From an uncultured Halieaceae bacterium (GTDB taxonomy: Bacteria > Pseudomonadota > Gammaproteobacteria > Pseudomonadales > Halieaceae), in assembly GCA_913045375.1 (NCBI GenBank), contig CAJWQE010000005.1, positions 1,829-65,828 on the forward strand: a stretch of DNA of 64,000 nucleotides, written 5' to 3'. Below are positions 1 to 10,415 of this stretch, piece by piece. The position numbers were made by a program, and so were the translations under genes. Every line of letters begins with the position of its first letter. Positions within the stretch are counted from its first letter, which is position 1. The notes under the pieces were generated by a model. It worked only from the letters and a program-made list of their open reading frames with translations, ran no database searches and had not been told where the DNA came from.

Positions 1-596
1 CCCGTGATGAATAGCTCTGCACCGTAGGACGCAGCTTCATCTATGTAACCCTGACCGCCACCCGTACACCAAGCGGCCGATCGGATGACTGAATCGGGAT
101 CGCCTACAACTAGAGGCTCACGTTGGAGTTCATGCTCCAGCCTCCCAGCGATGTCTGATAGACGTGTCCCCTCATCGAATGCGCCGCAGAAAACGGGATG
201 GGTTGTGTTTTCAGGATCAATCCCCTCCCAATGCTGTAAACCCATCGCACGCGCTAGGCCCGCGTTATTTCCCAGCGTGGGGTGGCAATCTAGGGGTAAG
301 TGGTAGGCGAAAAGACTAATACCAGCTTCCAATAAGGTTCGGATTCGTTTTGCCTTCATGCCAACCAGGCGCTCGTCTTCTCCGCGCCAGAAGTAACCGT
401 GATGCACGAGAACAGCGTCCGCTTCAAGCGCCACTGCCCTGTCGAGCAGCGCCTGGCATGCGGTCACACCCGATACAAGGACATTAATCTCATTGCGCCC
501 TTCAACTTGCAGTCCGTTCGGGCAATAGTCCTTAAATGCGGAAACACGTAACTCCGAATCCAGCACCGTGCGTAATTCATCTCGACCTACGGCCAT
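1..596 (-). CDS. ybgI: Nif3-like dinuclear metal centre protein (YbgI family); C-terminus lies outside the window
   Basis: I translated the minus strand from the ATG at 594-596: MAVGRDELRTVLDSELRVSAFKDYCPNGLQVEGR...VHHGYFWRGE...LPLDCHPTLGNNAGLA...AWCTGGGQGYIDEA. This is colinear with the E. coli YbgI motifs APNGLQVEG, VHHGYFW, LPLDAHPELGNNA and AWCTGGGQ. It is absent from the ORF track because its stop is off-window. Confidence 0.85.
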   Translation of the reverse strand, partial: MAVGRDELRTVLDSELRVSAFKDYCPNGLQVEGRNEINVLVSGVTACQALLDRAVALEADAVLVHHGYFWRGEDERLVGMKAKRIRTLLEAGISLFAYHLPLDCHPTLGNNAGLARAMGLQHWEGIDPENTTHPVFCGAFDEGTRLSDIAGRLEHELQREPLVVGDPDSVIRSAAWCTGGGQGYIDEAASYGAELFIT

Positions 597-690
597 AAAG
601 ATTACTCCTTGAGCCACTCAAACTGCGGTATCTGCCGCATTATACGCAGAGTTTGATTTACACTAGCGGGAGATTTAGGGGGATATCTTC

Positions 691-1785
691 ATGCGCGAGT
701 GGTTTTCACAACTAGCTTGGCCTGCTTTAGTGGGGGTTTTAGCGGCTGTGCTACTGCTCAATACAGAATGGTTGAAAATCTCCAACAGCACGCAGGGCCC
801 TGACAGTTACAGCCATGCGGTGGCCGTCGCAACGCCGTCTGTTGTCAACATCTACACAGCCAAGCTAGTGGCAGACCGGTCGCCAGTGCTGAATGCACCG
901 CTGCTACGACGCTTTACCAATCCGGGAGAACGACAGCCACGGGTCGAGCGCTCTCTGGGTTCGGGCGTGATTATGAGCGAGGACGGACACATCATCACAA
1001 ACCGCCACGTGATCGATGGCGCTCAGGCAATTCAAATACTGTTATCCGATGGACGTCGTGCTAACGCCATAGTTGTGGGGGCTGACCCTGAGACTGACCT
1101 GGCCCTGCTTAAAACTGATCTAACAGGCTTGTCGGCCATCCAGACCGCTGACTCGGATAACATCAACGTCGGCGACATCGTTCTCGCCATTGGTAATCCT
1201 TTCGGTTTCGGGCACTCAGTATCGCTAGGTATTGTGTCTGGACTCGAGCGCTACGGCCTACAGCTCTCGGCTTATGAGAACTACATACAGACTGACGCGA
1301 CCATCCACCTGGGAAGCTCCGGCGGCGCGTTGATTGATGCCGAGGGTAAATTGGTGGGCATCAATACGCTGATTTACACCGGCGCTAATGACGATACCAA
1401 TGAAGCCAGCGGCATAGGCATTAACCTCGCCACACCCAGTAACGTGGTCGCTACTGTTATGAAAGACCTCATTGAATACGGAGGAGTCATCCGCGGCTGG
1501 CTGGGTGTGGAAGTCGATCTGCTGTTGGGTTTTGATGATCAAGGTCGAGCAACCCAATCACTTCTAGTCACCAATACAGCACCCGGCGGCCCAGCGCAGC
1601 GGGCAGGCATTCGAGTGGGTGACCTTATTGTTGGTCTAAATGCGGAGCGGGTTACAGACGCTCGTCAAGCGATGCAGACCATTGCCCGCCTGCGCCCCGG
1701 AGATCGTGTGTTGGTTGGACTTAAGCGAGGCGACGAGGAATTCGATGTTGAGGCCATTGTCTCGACACGTCCAGCCGGCGAATAA
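691..1785 (+). CDS. degS: DegS/AlgW-type periplasmic serine endoprotease (S1C) with one PDZ domain
   Basis: 364 aa. N-terminal TM segment (LAWPALVGVLAAVLLL). Trypsin-fold triad contexts TNRHV, DLALLK and GSSGGAL. C-terminal PDZ-like region (GGPAQRAGIRVGDLIV). Its position next to the his/murA block matches algW in Pseudomonas. Confidence 0.85.
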   Translation: MREWFSQLAWPALVGVLAAVLLLNTEWLKISNSTQGPDSYSHAVAVATPSVVNIYTAKLVADRSPVLNAPLLRRFTNPGERQPRVERSLGSGVIMSEDGHIITNRHVIDGAQAIQILLSDGRRANAIVVGADPETDLALLKTDLTGLSAIQTADSDNINVGDIVLAIGNPFGFGHSVSLGIVSGLERYGLQLSAYENYIQTDATIHLGSSGGALIDAEGKLVGINTLIYTGANDDTNEASGIGINLATPSNVVATVMKDLIEYGGVIRGWLGVEVDLLLGFDDQGRATQSLLVTNTAPGGPAQRAGIRVGDLIVGLNAERVTDARQAMQTIARLRPGDRVLVGLKRGDEEFDVEAIVSTRPAGE

Positions 1786-1787
1786 CT

Positions 1788-3107
1788 CTAATCTTTTCTG
1801 GCCCGAGCAGCTCTCGCATGAGCCGACAGCGACTCGCTGTCTGCAATCGTGCCTGCGACTTCGGCAAGCGCGTTCGCACCTGAGCGCGTAATGTTGATAA
1901 TCGAAGTGCGGGTCTGAAAGTCATAAACACTGAGTGGTGATGAAAAGCGCGCGGCACCTGACGTCGGTAAGACATGATTCGTTCCTGCGCAATAATCACC
2001 CAATGATTCAGAGCTGTAAGCCCCCAGGAAAACGGCACCGGCACTCGAGATCGCAGGTAGCAAGGCCTCGGGCGACGCCACAGCCAGCTCAAGGTGCTCC
2101 GGCGCGAACCGGTTTGACAATGACGCTGCCGCTGATAGGTCAGCTACTGATATTAGCGCTCCCCGATTTCGCAGAGACGCGGCAATGACATCGCGTCGCG
2201 GCATGTCGGGTAGTAGTTTCTCAAGCGACTCAGTTACGGCGTCGAGGTAGTCCTCACTAGTGGCAATGCAGACCGCCTGGGCCATCTCGTCATGCTCTGC
2301 CTGAGACATAAGATCAAGCGCGATCCAGTCGGGATCGACGGTCCCATCCGCAATCACAAAGATCTCGGAGGGACCTGCAATCATATCGATACCCACTTTA
2401 CCGAAGACCTGTCGCTTAGCTTCAGCAACGTAACGATTACCCGGGCCTACAATTTTATCGACGGCTCTAATGGATTCCGTGCCGTAGGCCAAGGCTGCGA
2501 CTGCCTGCGCTCCACCTACAGTCACCACCTGATCGACGCCAGCTAGTGATGCCGCCGCAAGCACTAGCGGATTCACCTGCCCTGAAGGCGTTGGAGCCAC
2601 CATGACAACGTCAGCTACACCTGCCACTTTGGCAGGTATGGTATTCATTAGCACAGAGGACGGATAACTTGCTTTACCGCCGGGCACGTACAAACCCACT
2701 CGTTGCATGGGACGTACTCGCTGCCCCAGTTGACTGCCGTGTTCATCAGTTATCGACCAGTCGGGCGTGATCTGCTCCTCATGATAACGTCGGATACGCT
2801 GTGCCGCTTCCGTAATAGCGGCGCGCTCAGCACCCGTAATCTGAGACTCGAAAGCCTTCAGCGCATCGCCCTCAAAAACGAGCTCGCTGACCGATTCAGC
2901 GGGGTGCTGATCAAAGCGTTGGGTGAACTCGAGAAGTGCTTGATCACCCCTCGATCGCACCTCAGCGATGATATCGCGCACACTGCTGACCAAATTTGGA
3001 TCCAACGCTTCCATTGGCGCCGTCAGCGCACACACTCGCGCCTCGAAATCACCGTCGCTTTGAGAGAAACGCTGCATCTGTAGAGCACTCACGTTGTAAT
3101 TACTCAA
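1788..3107 (-). CDS. hisD: Histidinol dehydrogenase
   Basis: 439 aa with typical HisD sequence ([35 protein letters not shown]). The listed start is a TTG that overlaps the hisG stop. A GTG 5 codons downstream and an ATG at 3077 are alternative starts. Confidence 0.93.
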   Translation of the reverse strand: MSNYNVSALQMQRFSQSDGDFEARVCALTAPMEALDPNLVSSVRDIIAEVRSRGDQALLEFTQRFDQHPAESVSELVFEGDALKAFESQITGAERAAITEAAQRIRRYHEEQITPDWSITDEHGSQLGQRVRPMQRVGLYVPGGKASYPSSVLMNTIPAKVAGVADVVMVAPTPSGQVNPLVLAAASLAGVDQVVTVGGAQAVAALAYGTESIRAVDKIVGPGNRYVAEAKRQVFGKVGIDMIAGPSEIFVIADGTVDPDWIALDLMSQAEHDEMAQAVCIATSEDYLDAVTESLEKLLPDMPRRDVIAASLRNRGALISVADLSAAASLSNRFAPEHLELAVASPEALLPAISSAGAVFLGAYSSESLGDYCAGTNHVLPTSGAARFSSPLSVYDFQTRTSIINITRSGANALAEVAGTIADSESLSAHARAARARKD

Positions 3108-3763
3108 GCGTCTCGCCGCGATGCGACGGCAGTACCCAGTCGCTCGACGAGACTGGCAATAATGTGATTACGGGTACGCATCGACGCTTTATTCACAATG
3201 AGGCGTGAAGAGATATCGGCAATATGCTCCAGCGGCCGCATACCATTAGCCTTAAGGGTATTGCCAGTATCGACAATATCAACAATCTCATCCGCAAGAT
3301 CCATAATCGGCGCAAGTTCCATTGCCCCGTACAGCTTGATGATATTGGGTTGGATACCCCGCGATGAATAGTGAGCGCGCGCAACATTCACAAATTTGGT
3401 CGCCACTCGGATTTTAGCGGCATGGCCAGTTCTGGCCTGCCCCGTACCCGCCGTCATGAGACGGCAACGGGCTATCTCAAGATCGAGCACCTCATAAAGG
3501 CCCTCGTCACCTGACTCCATCAAAAGATCTTTACCGACCACACCTACATCAGCAGCACCATGCCGGACATAAGTTGGGACATCAGAGCCACGCAAAATAA
3601 CGAGCGAAACACCCTCCATCGTGGTGGGGAAGATAAGTTTCCGACTCTCCTCCACTGACTCCAACGGTGACACACCCGCCTCCGCTAGCAGCGGCAAGGT
3701 TTCGGAGAGAATGCGCCCTTTCGTCAGCGCTATGGTGAGCTGTTCCCCTTTTGCGGGTTTCAT
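3104..3763 (-). CDS. hisG: ATP phosphoribosyltransferase, short form
   Basis: 219 aa ([10 protein letters not shown]...[13 protein letters not shown]). Short HisG forms normally need HisZ, which is not in this window. Confidence 0.93.
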   Translation of the reverse strand: MKPAKGEQLTIALTKGRILSETLPLLAEAGVSPLESVEESRKLIFPTTMEGVSLVILRGSDVPTYVRHGAADVGVVGKDLLMESGDEGLYEVLDLEIARCRLMTAGTGQARTGHAAKIRVATKFVNVARAHYSSRGIQPNIIKLYGAMELAPIMDLADEIVDIVDTGNTLKANGMRPLEHIADISSRLIVNKASMRTRNHIIASLVERLGTAVASRRDA

Positions 3764-3766
3764 GAC

Positions 3767-5029
3767 CTACCTCGACTTCCTGACTATGTCAGCACCAACG
3801 GCCTGAAGCTTTTCTTCAATGCGCTCGTAACCGCGATCAATGTGGTAAATGCGATCAACATGAGTCTCACCCTTTGCGGCTAGGCCTGCGATAACCAGAC
3901 TCGCCGAGGCTCTCAGATCAGAAGCCATTACGGGAGCACCATCGATACTGGACTTGCCGCGAATAATAACTGAATGCCCGTCTACCGTGATATTGGCACC
4001 CATGCGACTCATCTCATGCGCTTGCATTAATCGGTTTTCGAATATGGTTTCGGTTATGCGACCCACACCCTCTGCCACCACATTAAGGGCGGTAAATTGC
4101 GCTTGCATGTCGGTCGGAAACCCGGGATAGGGCGCAGTGATGAGGTCAACCGATGTTAGCTGCCCCTCAGTCATGTCAGCCGTAATGGTGTTGCCTTCAA
4201 CCGTGACGTTAACCCCTGCATCGCGTAACTTCTCGAGTACAATGCCAAGATGTTCGGCATTCGCATTCTCGACCGTGATTCGCCCGCGAGTCGCCGCAGC
4301 CGCCACCAGAAATGTCCCAGCCTCGATCCGATCTGGCATGACGCTGTAATGACTCGCCGCTAACTCCGAGACGCCATCGATCACAAGTGTAGATGTATCA
4401 TCGCCCTCGATCTCTGCCCCCATGCCTCTGAGGAACGCTACGAGATCAGTGATTTCTGGCTCGCGGGCAGCGTTGCGAAGCACGGTTCTGCCCTCAGCCA
4501 AGACCGCTGCCATGAGTAAGTTTTCGGTTCCACCTACCGTGACGGTATCAAACGTGAAGTCACAGCCTTTGAGTCCGCTCTCTGTGGTGGCAACGATGTA
4601 GCCATCACGGACATCGATACACGCACCCATGGCCTCGAATCCCTTCAAGTGCAGGTCAACAGGGCGACTTCCAATCGCACAACCCCCCGGAAAGGACACC
4701 TCCGCTTTACCGAAGCGCGCCAGAAGCGGACCCATTACAAGGATCGAGGCCCGCATAGTTTTCACTAACTCATAAGGGGCGCGCTGGTTGTTCAGTTGCG
4801 CTGCTGATACCTGTAGCGCCATGGACTCGTCGATCGCAACATCAGCGCCAAGCGCGCCCAGCAACTCGACCATCGTCGTGATGTCATTAAGGTGAGGCAC
4901 ATTCGATAGCGTGGACACTTTGTCCGTCAGCAGCGTAGCCGCCAATATCGGAAGCGCTGCATTCTTCGCCCCCGAAATAGGTATACGACCCTGTAGCGGC
5001 GTTCCGCCGCGGATTTGAAAGTAGTCCAA
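3767..5029 (-). CDS. murA: UDP-N-acetylglucosamine 1-carboxyvinyltransferase
   Basis: 420 aa, (M)[28 protein letters not shown]... The start codon is TTG (plus-strand caa at 5027-5029). Confidence 0.95.
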   Translation of the reverse strand: MDYFQIRGGTPLQGRIPISGAKNAALPILAATLLTDKVSTLSNVPHLNDITTMVELLGALGADVAIDESMALQVSAAQLNNQRAPYELVKTMRASILVMGPLLARFGKAEVSFPGGCAIGSRPVDLHLKGFEAMGACIDVRDGYIVATTESGLKGCDFTFDTVTVGGTENLLMAAVLAEGRTVLRNAAREPEITDLVAFLRGMGAEIEGDDTSTLVIDGVSELAASHYSVMPDRIEAGTFLVAAAATRGRITVENANAEHLGIVLEKLRDAGVNVTVEGNTITADMTEGQLTSVDLITAPYPGFPTDMQAQFTALNVVAEGVGRITETIFENRLMQAHEMSRMGANITVDGHSVIIRGKSSIDGAPVMASDLRASASLVIAGLAAKGETHVDRIYHIDRGYERIEEKLQAVGADIVRKSR

Positions 5030-5042
5030 CGCAGTCTGCCTG

Positions 5043-5249
5043 CTAGGGTGTCTTCGCGATGATATTGACCGCGTGCAAGGCGCCGCTGCGAATAAATTCG
5101 CCTAGAGGCGCATAAACTCGCTGCTGGCGCGCGACTGGTCTCAACCCCTCGAATACATCACTGACTACGGTGACTTGGCAGTGAGAGCCATCCAGTTGCA
5201 CATCGATAGTGGCGCTCGGAAATTCGCCCTCGAGCGCCTCTTTAATCAT
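5043..5249 (-). CDS. ibaG: BolA-family protein (IbaG/YrbA type)
   Basis: The tail of track ORF 5043..5393 reads [49 protein letters not shown]...HAVNI, which matches the IbaG pattern (GDGSHFQV..., KQQ.VY.PL, HA.SI). I chose the internal ATG at 5249 because the longer ORF would overlap mlaC. A GTG at 5261 is an alternative. Confidence 0.8.
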   Translation of the reverse strand: MIKEALEGEFPSATIDVQLDGSHCQVTVVSDVFEGLRPVARQQRVYAPLGEFIRSGALHAVNIIAKTP

Positions 5250-5253
5250 GGCT

Positions 5254-5940
5254 TCATTCACTGTCCAAATCCTCCGGCAAGTTGGCCGAGATATCCCACT
5301 CAGCCACAACCTTAGCCACATCGCCATCAGCAGATTTCGCGGCTGCGGCGAATTGATTTTGATAGATCTGGCCCAAGTTGATGTCCGCGACAATAAGATT
5401 ACGCAGTCGCCAACTGCCGTCCCGGCTTCTACCCATCTGATATCTCACGGTATAGGTCCGGTCACCCGAGCCATAGACTAATTGAGTAATCGACGCAGAC
5501 CGCGCGTCAGGGTCGATCGCTTCATCATCGACAATTTCGAATTTGGATCCACTGAACGCCAGCAAGCCTTTCGCATAGGTGCGTATCAAGCCCGACTTCA
5601 TGATGTCAGTGAATGACTGAAGCTGCTCTCGCAGCGCTTTGCGACCCGCATCATCGAGGGAGCGGTAGCGCGCATTGGAGGCGTAATCACCCATCACACC
5701 CTTAGCAAAGCCTCGCCAATCAATCGTCTCATCCAGAACAGCACCAATCTCGTTGTAGAAGCGGTCTGGATCGCTATCGAAATACTCGGGCGCCTCACCC
5801 ACGATGGCCATGATTTGAGAGGTGGTCGATTCAATGATCGGTGTCGGCCCCGCCGAATCATTTCCAATTGCAACCGTAGTGGCTATCAAACTGAGTAAGC
5901 CGACGACGATGCTTGTAATCATTACTTTGACAGATTTCAT
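5254..5940 (-). CDS. mlaC: MlaC/Ttg2D-family periplasmic phospholipid-binding protein
   Basis: 228 aa with a signal peptide and Ttg2D-like features (DWRGFAKGVMG..., WRLRNLIVADINLGQIYQNQF). Its position upstream of ibaG-murA matches E. coli and Pseudomonas. Confidence 0.75.
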   Translation of the reverse strand: MKSVKVMITSIVVGLLSLIATTVAIGNDSAGPTPIIESTTSQIMAIVGEAPEYFDSDPDRFYNEIGAVLDETIDWRGFAKGVMGDYASNARYRSLDDAGRKALREQLQSFTDIMKSGLIRTYAKGLLAFSGSKFEIVDDEAIDPDARSASITQLVYGSGDRTYTVRYQMGRSRDGSWRLRNLIVADINLGQIYQNQFAAAAKSADGDVAKVVAEWDISANLPEDLDSE

Positions 5941-6091
5941 GCGATTTTTAGCTCAAAACGTAAATTGTTGGGATGAGTCGCTCCGATTTTACCGGTGTCG
6001 GAGTCTGCTCGGCGCTCACATTGCCGTATGATACCCGATCGCTGATGCTCAGCGGTGCGTTTTTGAACCTGAAGGTCACGACTCTTATTAC

Positions 6092-7063
6092 ATGTTGGAT
6101 TTTATATTCATTGCCCTGGGCCTTGCAGGCCTCGTTTGGAGCTCGGATAAGTTCGTGGAGGGCGCGGCCGCCATTGCGAATCACGCCGGCATGTCACCGC
6201 TGCTGATTGGGATGACCATTGTTTCACTGGGTACATCAGCACCTGAAATCGTTGTGTCCATCATGGCGTCGCTGTCGGGATCAGGAGAACTAGCGGTTGG
6301 CAACGCGCTGGGTTCGAATATCACCAACATAGGATTGGTACTGGGTGTTACGTTACTGATCCGAAGCATAGCCATTGATGCGAGTACGACAAAACGCGAA
6401 CTTCCTCAAATGGTCATCGTCACGCTGCTTGCCGGTGCCTTGATGGTTGATGGTGTTCTCTCTATTGTCGATGGTGCTCTCCTTCTCTTCGGTCTGGTGA
6501 TTTTTTTAACGCTGCTGGCTCGACGCGGCGAGACGCCTGACGGCAATGTCGATAGCAACCCCGAGCTCACGCCTCTGAAAGCCTGGGGGGTATTCTTCCT
6601 TGGCTTGGTGCTGTTGGTTATCTCGTCAAGATTACTGGTCGTTGGTGCCGTCAACATAGCGACAGCATTGGGCGTATCCGAGCTTATTATCGGATTGACC
6701 ATCGTCGCCATAGGTACAAGCCTTCCGGAGCTCGCGGCATCGGTCATGAGTGCCTTGAAGGGGCACTCGGACATCGCCATTGGTGCCATCGTGGGTAGCA
6801 ATGTCTTTAACTTATTGGTTGTACTCGCTGGTCCAGGGCTGTTCGGACCGCTGACGCTAAACGCTAATGTGATGAGTCGCGACTGGCCGGTGACGTTACT
6901 GACAACCGGCACCTTGATGTTATTGGCCTGGGTCGCCTACCGAAACGCCAAACACGGCAAAGCAGGGAATGGTGAACTTGGGCGAGCCTCAGGTGTCTTA
7001 TTGGTTAGTATGTACACCGCTTACATTGGCTTACTTATCTTCTATCCGGACTTCGCATTGTGA
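6092..7063 (+). CDS. yrbG: Ca2+/Na+ antiporter, CaCA family (YrbG type)
   Basis: 323 aa polytopic protein with the two alpha-repeat motifs GTSAPE (LGTSAPEIVVS) and GTSLPE (IGTSLPELAAS). It is located immediately before kdsD, as in E. coli. Confidence 0.88.
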   Translation: MLDFIFIALGLAGLVWSSDKFVEGAAAIANHAGMSPLLIGMTIVSLGTSAPEIVVSIMASLSGSGELAVGNALGSNITNIGLVLGVTLLIRSIAIDASTTKRELPQMVIVTLLAGALMVDGVLSIVDGALLLFGLVIFLTLLARRGETPDGNVDSNPELTPLKAWGVFFLGLVLLVISSRLLVVGAVNIATALGVSELIIGLTIVAIGTSLPELAASVMSALKGHSDIAIGAIVGSNVFNLLVVLAGPGLFGPLTLNANVMSRDWPVTLLTTGTLMLLAWVAYRNAKHGKAGNGELGRASGVLLVSMYTAYIGLLIFYPDFAL

Positions 7064-8046
7064 CCTCAGACAGTAATTCGCCAAGATCGGCTATCGAGTC
7101 TGCTAAACGCACTATCGCCATTGAGCGACAGGCCGTCGAGCAGTTAGAGGACCGAATCGACGACAGCTTTAGCAAAGCGGTAGATCTACTCGCATCCGTC
7201 GATGGACGAGTGATTGTCAGCGGGATGGGAAAAAGCGGGCATATCGGTAATAAAATTGCCGCCACGCTCGCCAGTACCGGTACGCCAGCGCAATTCGTGC
7301 ACCCAGCGGAAGCTTGTCATGGCGATATGGGGATGGTCACCCGGTCAGACGCTGCGCTGCTGATGAGTAACAGCGGTACCACAAGCGAGATAACCGCCCT
7401 TCTACCACTATTAAAACGGCTCGGTATTCCGATTGTTGCTATGACCGGTAATGCTAACTCGACATTGGCGACTGCCGCTGATGTACACCTGAATATTGGC
7501 GTGCCTGAGGAGGCCTGCCCCCTCGATCTAGCGCCGACAGCAAGCACAACCGCGAACCTGGTCATGGGTGATGCGCTAGCAATCGCGCTTCTAGAGCAGA
7601 GGGGATTCACGGCCGAGGACTTTGCATTCACCCACCCCGGTGGTGCCTTAGGTCGTCGACTACTGACACGTGTAAGCGATGTGCTGGTTACAGGGAGTGA
7701 TGTTCCTCGGGTAACAACGGATACCTCACTGGCTGACGCACTGATGGAAATCTCCGCCAAAGGCCTTGGCATGTCGACCGTGATAGATGCGAACGGGCAT
7801 TTACTAGGTATCTTCACCGACGGTGACCTCCGCCGCGCACTCGAGCAGAAGCATGACTTAAGCACCACGCAGGTGGGTACCGTCATGTCCGCGGGCGCCA
7901 AGACCATCGATGCAGACGCACTCGCTGCTGAAGCGGTGACGCGCATGGAAAATGACAGTATCAGTGCACTAATCGTGGTGGATGAGGGCAACAGGGTCAC
8001 CGGTGTCGTACAGTTATTGGCGCTATTGAAGGCGGGTATCGTATGA
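7060..8046 (+). CDS. kdsD: Arabinose-5-phosphate isomerase (SIS plus tandem CBS)
   Basis: 328 aa. SIS motif VSGMGKSGHIGNKIAATLASTG and C-terminal CBS pair. Start overlaps the yrbG stop. Confidence 0.92.
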   Translation: MTSDSNSPRSAIESAKRTIAIERQAVEQLEDRIDDSFSKAVDLLASVDGRVIVSGMGKSGHIGNKIAATLASTGTPAQFVHPAEACHGDMGMVTRSDAALLMSNSGTTSEITALLPLLKRLGIPIVAMTGNANSTLATAADVHLNIGVPEEACPLDLAPTASTTANLVMGDALAIALLEQRGFTAEDFAFTHPGGALGRRLLTRVSDVLVTGSDVPRVTTDTSLADALMEISAKGLGMSTVIDANGHLLGIFTDGDLRRALEQKHDLSTTQVGTVMSAGAKTIDADALAAEAVTRMENDSISALIVVDEGNRVTGVVQLLALLKAGIV

Positions 8047-8525
8047 CCGATTACGCTGATATTCGCTTGCTGGTCATGGATGTCGATGGCGTCATGACCG
8101 ATGGAAAAATTACCTATAGCAGCGATGGACAGGAGCTTAAATCCTTCAACATCAAAGACGGCCTTGGGATAAAGCGCGCCCAAGCGTCGGGGATCGAAAC
8201 CGCCATCATCACTGGCCGCACATCACCCATGGTTGAGCGACGCGCGCGGGAGCTGGGTATTGCTCACCTTGTTCAGGGCAGAGAGGACAAACTATCCGCC
8301 CTTTCAGATCTTGTGGATCAGATGAATCTATCGCTCGATCAGGTTGCCTATATAGGCGATGACTTGCCCGACTTGACGGCGATCGAGTCGGTGAAGTTAG
8401 GTGCGTGTCCCGCTGACGCCGCTATCGAGGTGAAATCGAAGGCTAACTGGGTATCGACCCGAGCAGGCGGCGATGGATGCGTGCGTGAATTATGCGATCT
8501 ACTGGTGAGTCATAAATCCTCATGA
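8043..8525 (+). CDS. kdsC: KDO-8-phosphate phosphatase (HAD)
   Basis: 160 aa with LLVMDVDGVMTDG (HAD motif I) and YIGDDLPD. Start overlaps the kdsD stop by 4 nt. Confidence 0.92.
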   Translation: MTDYADIRLLVMDVDGVMTDGKITYSSDGQELKSFNIKDGLGIKRAQASGIETAIITGRTSPMVERRARELGIAHLVQGREDKLSALSDLVDQMNLSLDQVAYIGDDLPDLTAIESVKLGACPADAAIEVKSKANWVSTRAGGDGCVRELCDLLVSHKSS

Positions 8526-9067
8526 AGTGGAGTATTGCGTTTGCCCTCATCGGCGTCGTGACCCTTCTGGCAGTTTTCGCTCGCGTTGACAGCGAATCCC
8601 CCGCAAGTAGTGCGCCGCAGGCACTGATTGAAGTCGAAATTGATCAACTGGTTCTCACCCGCTATGACAACGAGGGCAATAAACTCGAGCAAAGCAGCGC
8701 GACACATGCGATCCGACTCGAAAATCAGTCGACGACTGACCTGTCAGAGTTAGAAGTCCGGCGCCGCGACCGCCAAGGGCAAGAATGGATACTAGCCTCC
8801 CCCAACGGCACTTCAGACGCGTCGAATGACACAGTGAAACTGGAAGGCGGTGTCGTGGTCTCGCGGGCGGATGGTGTTAGCCTCCTCACCAAGACGGTAG
8901 TGGTCGATATCGCCGCAGGCAGGGCTGTCTCGACGGATAAAACACAATTGACCAGCAATAAAAGCTCGTCGGCATCAGATGGGCTTGTTATCGACCTTGA
9001 GCAGGGAACAGCAGAGCTACTGGGTCAAGTGCGATCGACATATCAGCGGAGCCAGCAGACGCCATGA
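8522..9067 (+). CDS. lptC: LPS export protein LptC
   Basis: 181 aa with an N-terminal membrane anchor and beta-rich sequence. Its position between kdsC and lptA is conserved. Confidence 0.8.
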   Translation: MKWSIAFALIGVVTLLAVFARVDSESPASSAPQALIEVEIDQLVLTRYDNEGNKLEQSSATHAIRLENQSTTDLSELEVRRRDRQGQEWILASPNGTSDASNDTVKLEGGVVVSRADGVSLLTKTVVVDIAAGRAVSTDKTQLTSNKSSSASDGLVIDLEQGTAELLGQVRSTYQRSQQTP

Positions 9068-9582
9068 CATTAGGGATACAGCGCATGACCGCTCTCTTTC
9101 TCTGTCTCGCTCTCTTTGGGACAGGGACCGTGCTTGCGGCTGACACCGATCAGCCGATCGAGATATCTGCGGACAGCGCCATGCGTGAGGAGCCCTCAGG
9201 TAAGACGACTTATCGCGGCGATGTTGTGCTGACCCAGGGCAGCCTGGAAATTCGCGCCGATAGCCTAGTCTTCAGTTTCGATAGCGACAATTCGACCCTC
9301 ATCACAGCAAAAGGCAACCCCGCGACACTTAAGCAGCAACCTGAAAATGCCGAGACGCCCATCGACGCCAGCGCAGAGATGATTGAATATCACGAGAAGA
9401 GTGAGCGTGTGCGTTTAGTAGGGAAGGCGAAAATCCTTCAGGATGGTGCAGTAATCGAGGGCAGTACGATCGAATATTTAGTCGGAACGCAGCGCGTCAT
9501 GGCCGCCGGCTCACCCGAGATAGGTGCACCTCAACGAGTCAAGGTGACCATCCCTCCCAACTCGTTACGCGACGGTAAATAA
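9064..9582 (+). CDS. lptA: LPS transport periplasmic protein LptA
   Basis: 172 aa with a signal peptide and OstA-like sequence (PIEISADSA...[17 protein letters not shown]). Conserved position. Confidence 0.87.
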   Translation: MTLGIQRMTALFLCLALFGTGTVLAADTDQPIEISADSAMREEPSGKTTYRGDVVLTQGSLEIRADSLVFSFDSDNSTLITAKGNPATLKQQPENAETPIDASAEMIEYHEKSERVRLVGKAKILQDGAVIEGSTIEYLVGTQRVMAAGSPEIGAPQRVKVTIPPNSLRDGK

Positions 9583-9583
9583 G

Positions 9584-10312
9584 ATGACCGAGGTGCTCTC
9601 CGCCACAGGTTTAGCAAAGGCGTACAAGGGCCGTCGTGTGGTGGATGGCATGTCGATGTCAGTGAATGCTGGCGAGATCGTTGGACTTCTTGGGCCGAAC
9701 GGTGCAGGTAAAACGACCTGCTTCTACTTGATGGTTGGACTGGTAACAAGTGACGAGGGTGCGATCACCCTGTCCGGAGACGACGTCACCCGCCTACCCA
9801 TCCATTTGCGCGCGCGGCGGGGACTGGGCTACCTCCCTCAAGAGGCATCCATCTTCAGAAGGATGACGGTCGAAGACAACATCATGGCGATTTTGGAAAC
9901 ACGGGATGATTTGTCTCAGGAAGAGCAACAAACCCAATGTGACGAGTTACTTCACGAGTTTCACATCACGCATATCAAGGACTCGCTGGGGCAAAGCTTG
10001 TCAGGTGGCGAGCGACGACGGGTTGAGATTGCACGTGCCTTAGCAACTGAGCCGCGCGTGATTTTACTCGATGAGCCATTTGCCGGGGTTGATCCTATCT
10101 CCATATCGGATATCAAGGCGATCATTACGCATCTCAAAGAGCGCGGCATCGGTGTATTGATCACCGATCACAACGTCCGGGAAACGCTCGACATCTGCGA
10201 CCGCGCCTACATTGTGAGTGAGGGCAAGGTTATCGCTGACGGCGATGCCCAGAGCATTCTTAATAACGCCAAGGTTCGGAAAGTCTATCTTGGTCAGGAT
10301 TTCCGCCTCTAG
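9584..10312 (+). CDS. lptB: LPS export ABC transporter ATPase LptB
   Basis: 242 aa. Walker [10 protein letters not shown], signature LSGGERRR, Walker B ILLDEP. Confidence 0.95.
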   Translation: MTEVLSATGLAKAYKGRRVVDGMSMSVNAGEIVGLLGPNGAGKTTCFYLMVGLVTSDEGAITLSGDDVTRLPIHLRARRGLGYLPQEASIFRRMTVEDNIMAILETRDDLSQEEQQTQCDELLHEFHITHIKDSLGQSLSGGERRRVEIARALATEPRVILLDEPFAGVDPISISDIKAIITHLKERGIGVLITDHNVRETLDICDRAYIVSEGKVIADGDAQSILNNAKVRKVYLGQDFRL

Positions 10313-10415
10313 CACCACTGCCGGAATTGGCGCATGCAAAACCTTTGCCAACTTGATTGCCTTCCCCGATTTGAAAGCGCTAAACTGATTTTCCAATAGC
10401 GGCTTTTAGAGATCT

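Noticed and set aside
85-306. A 73-aa plus-strand ORF at the window start.
   Set aside because: It lies antisense within the well-supported ybgI (Nif3-like) coding region and has no recognisable features.
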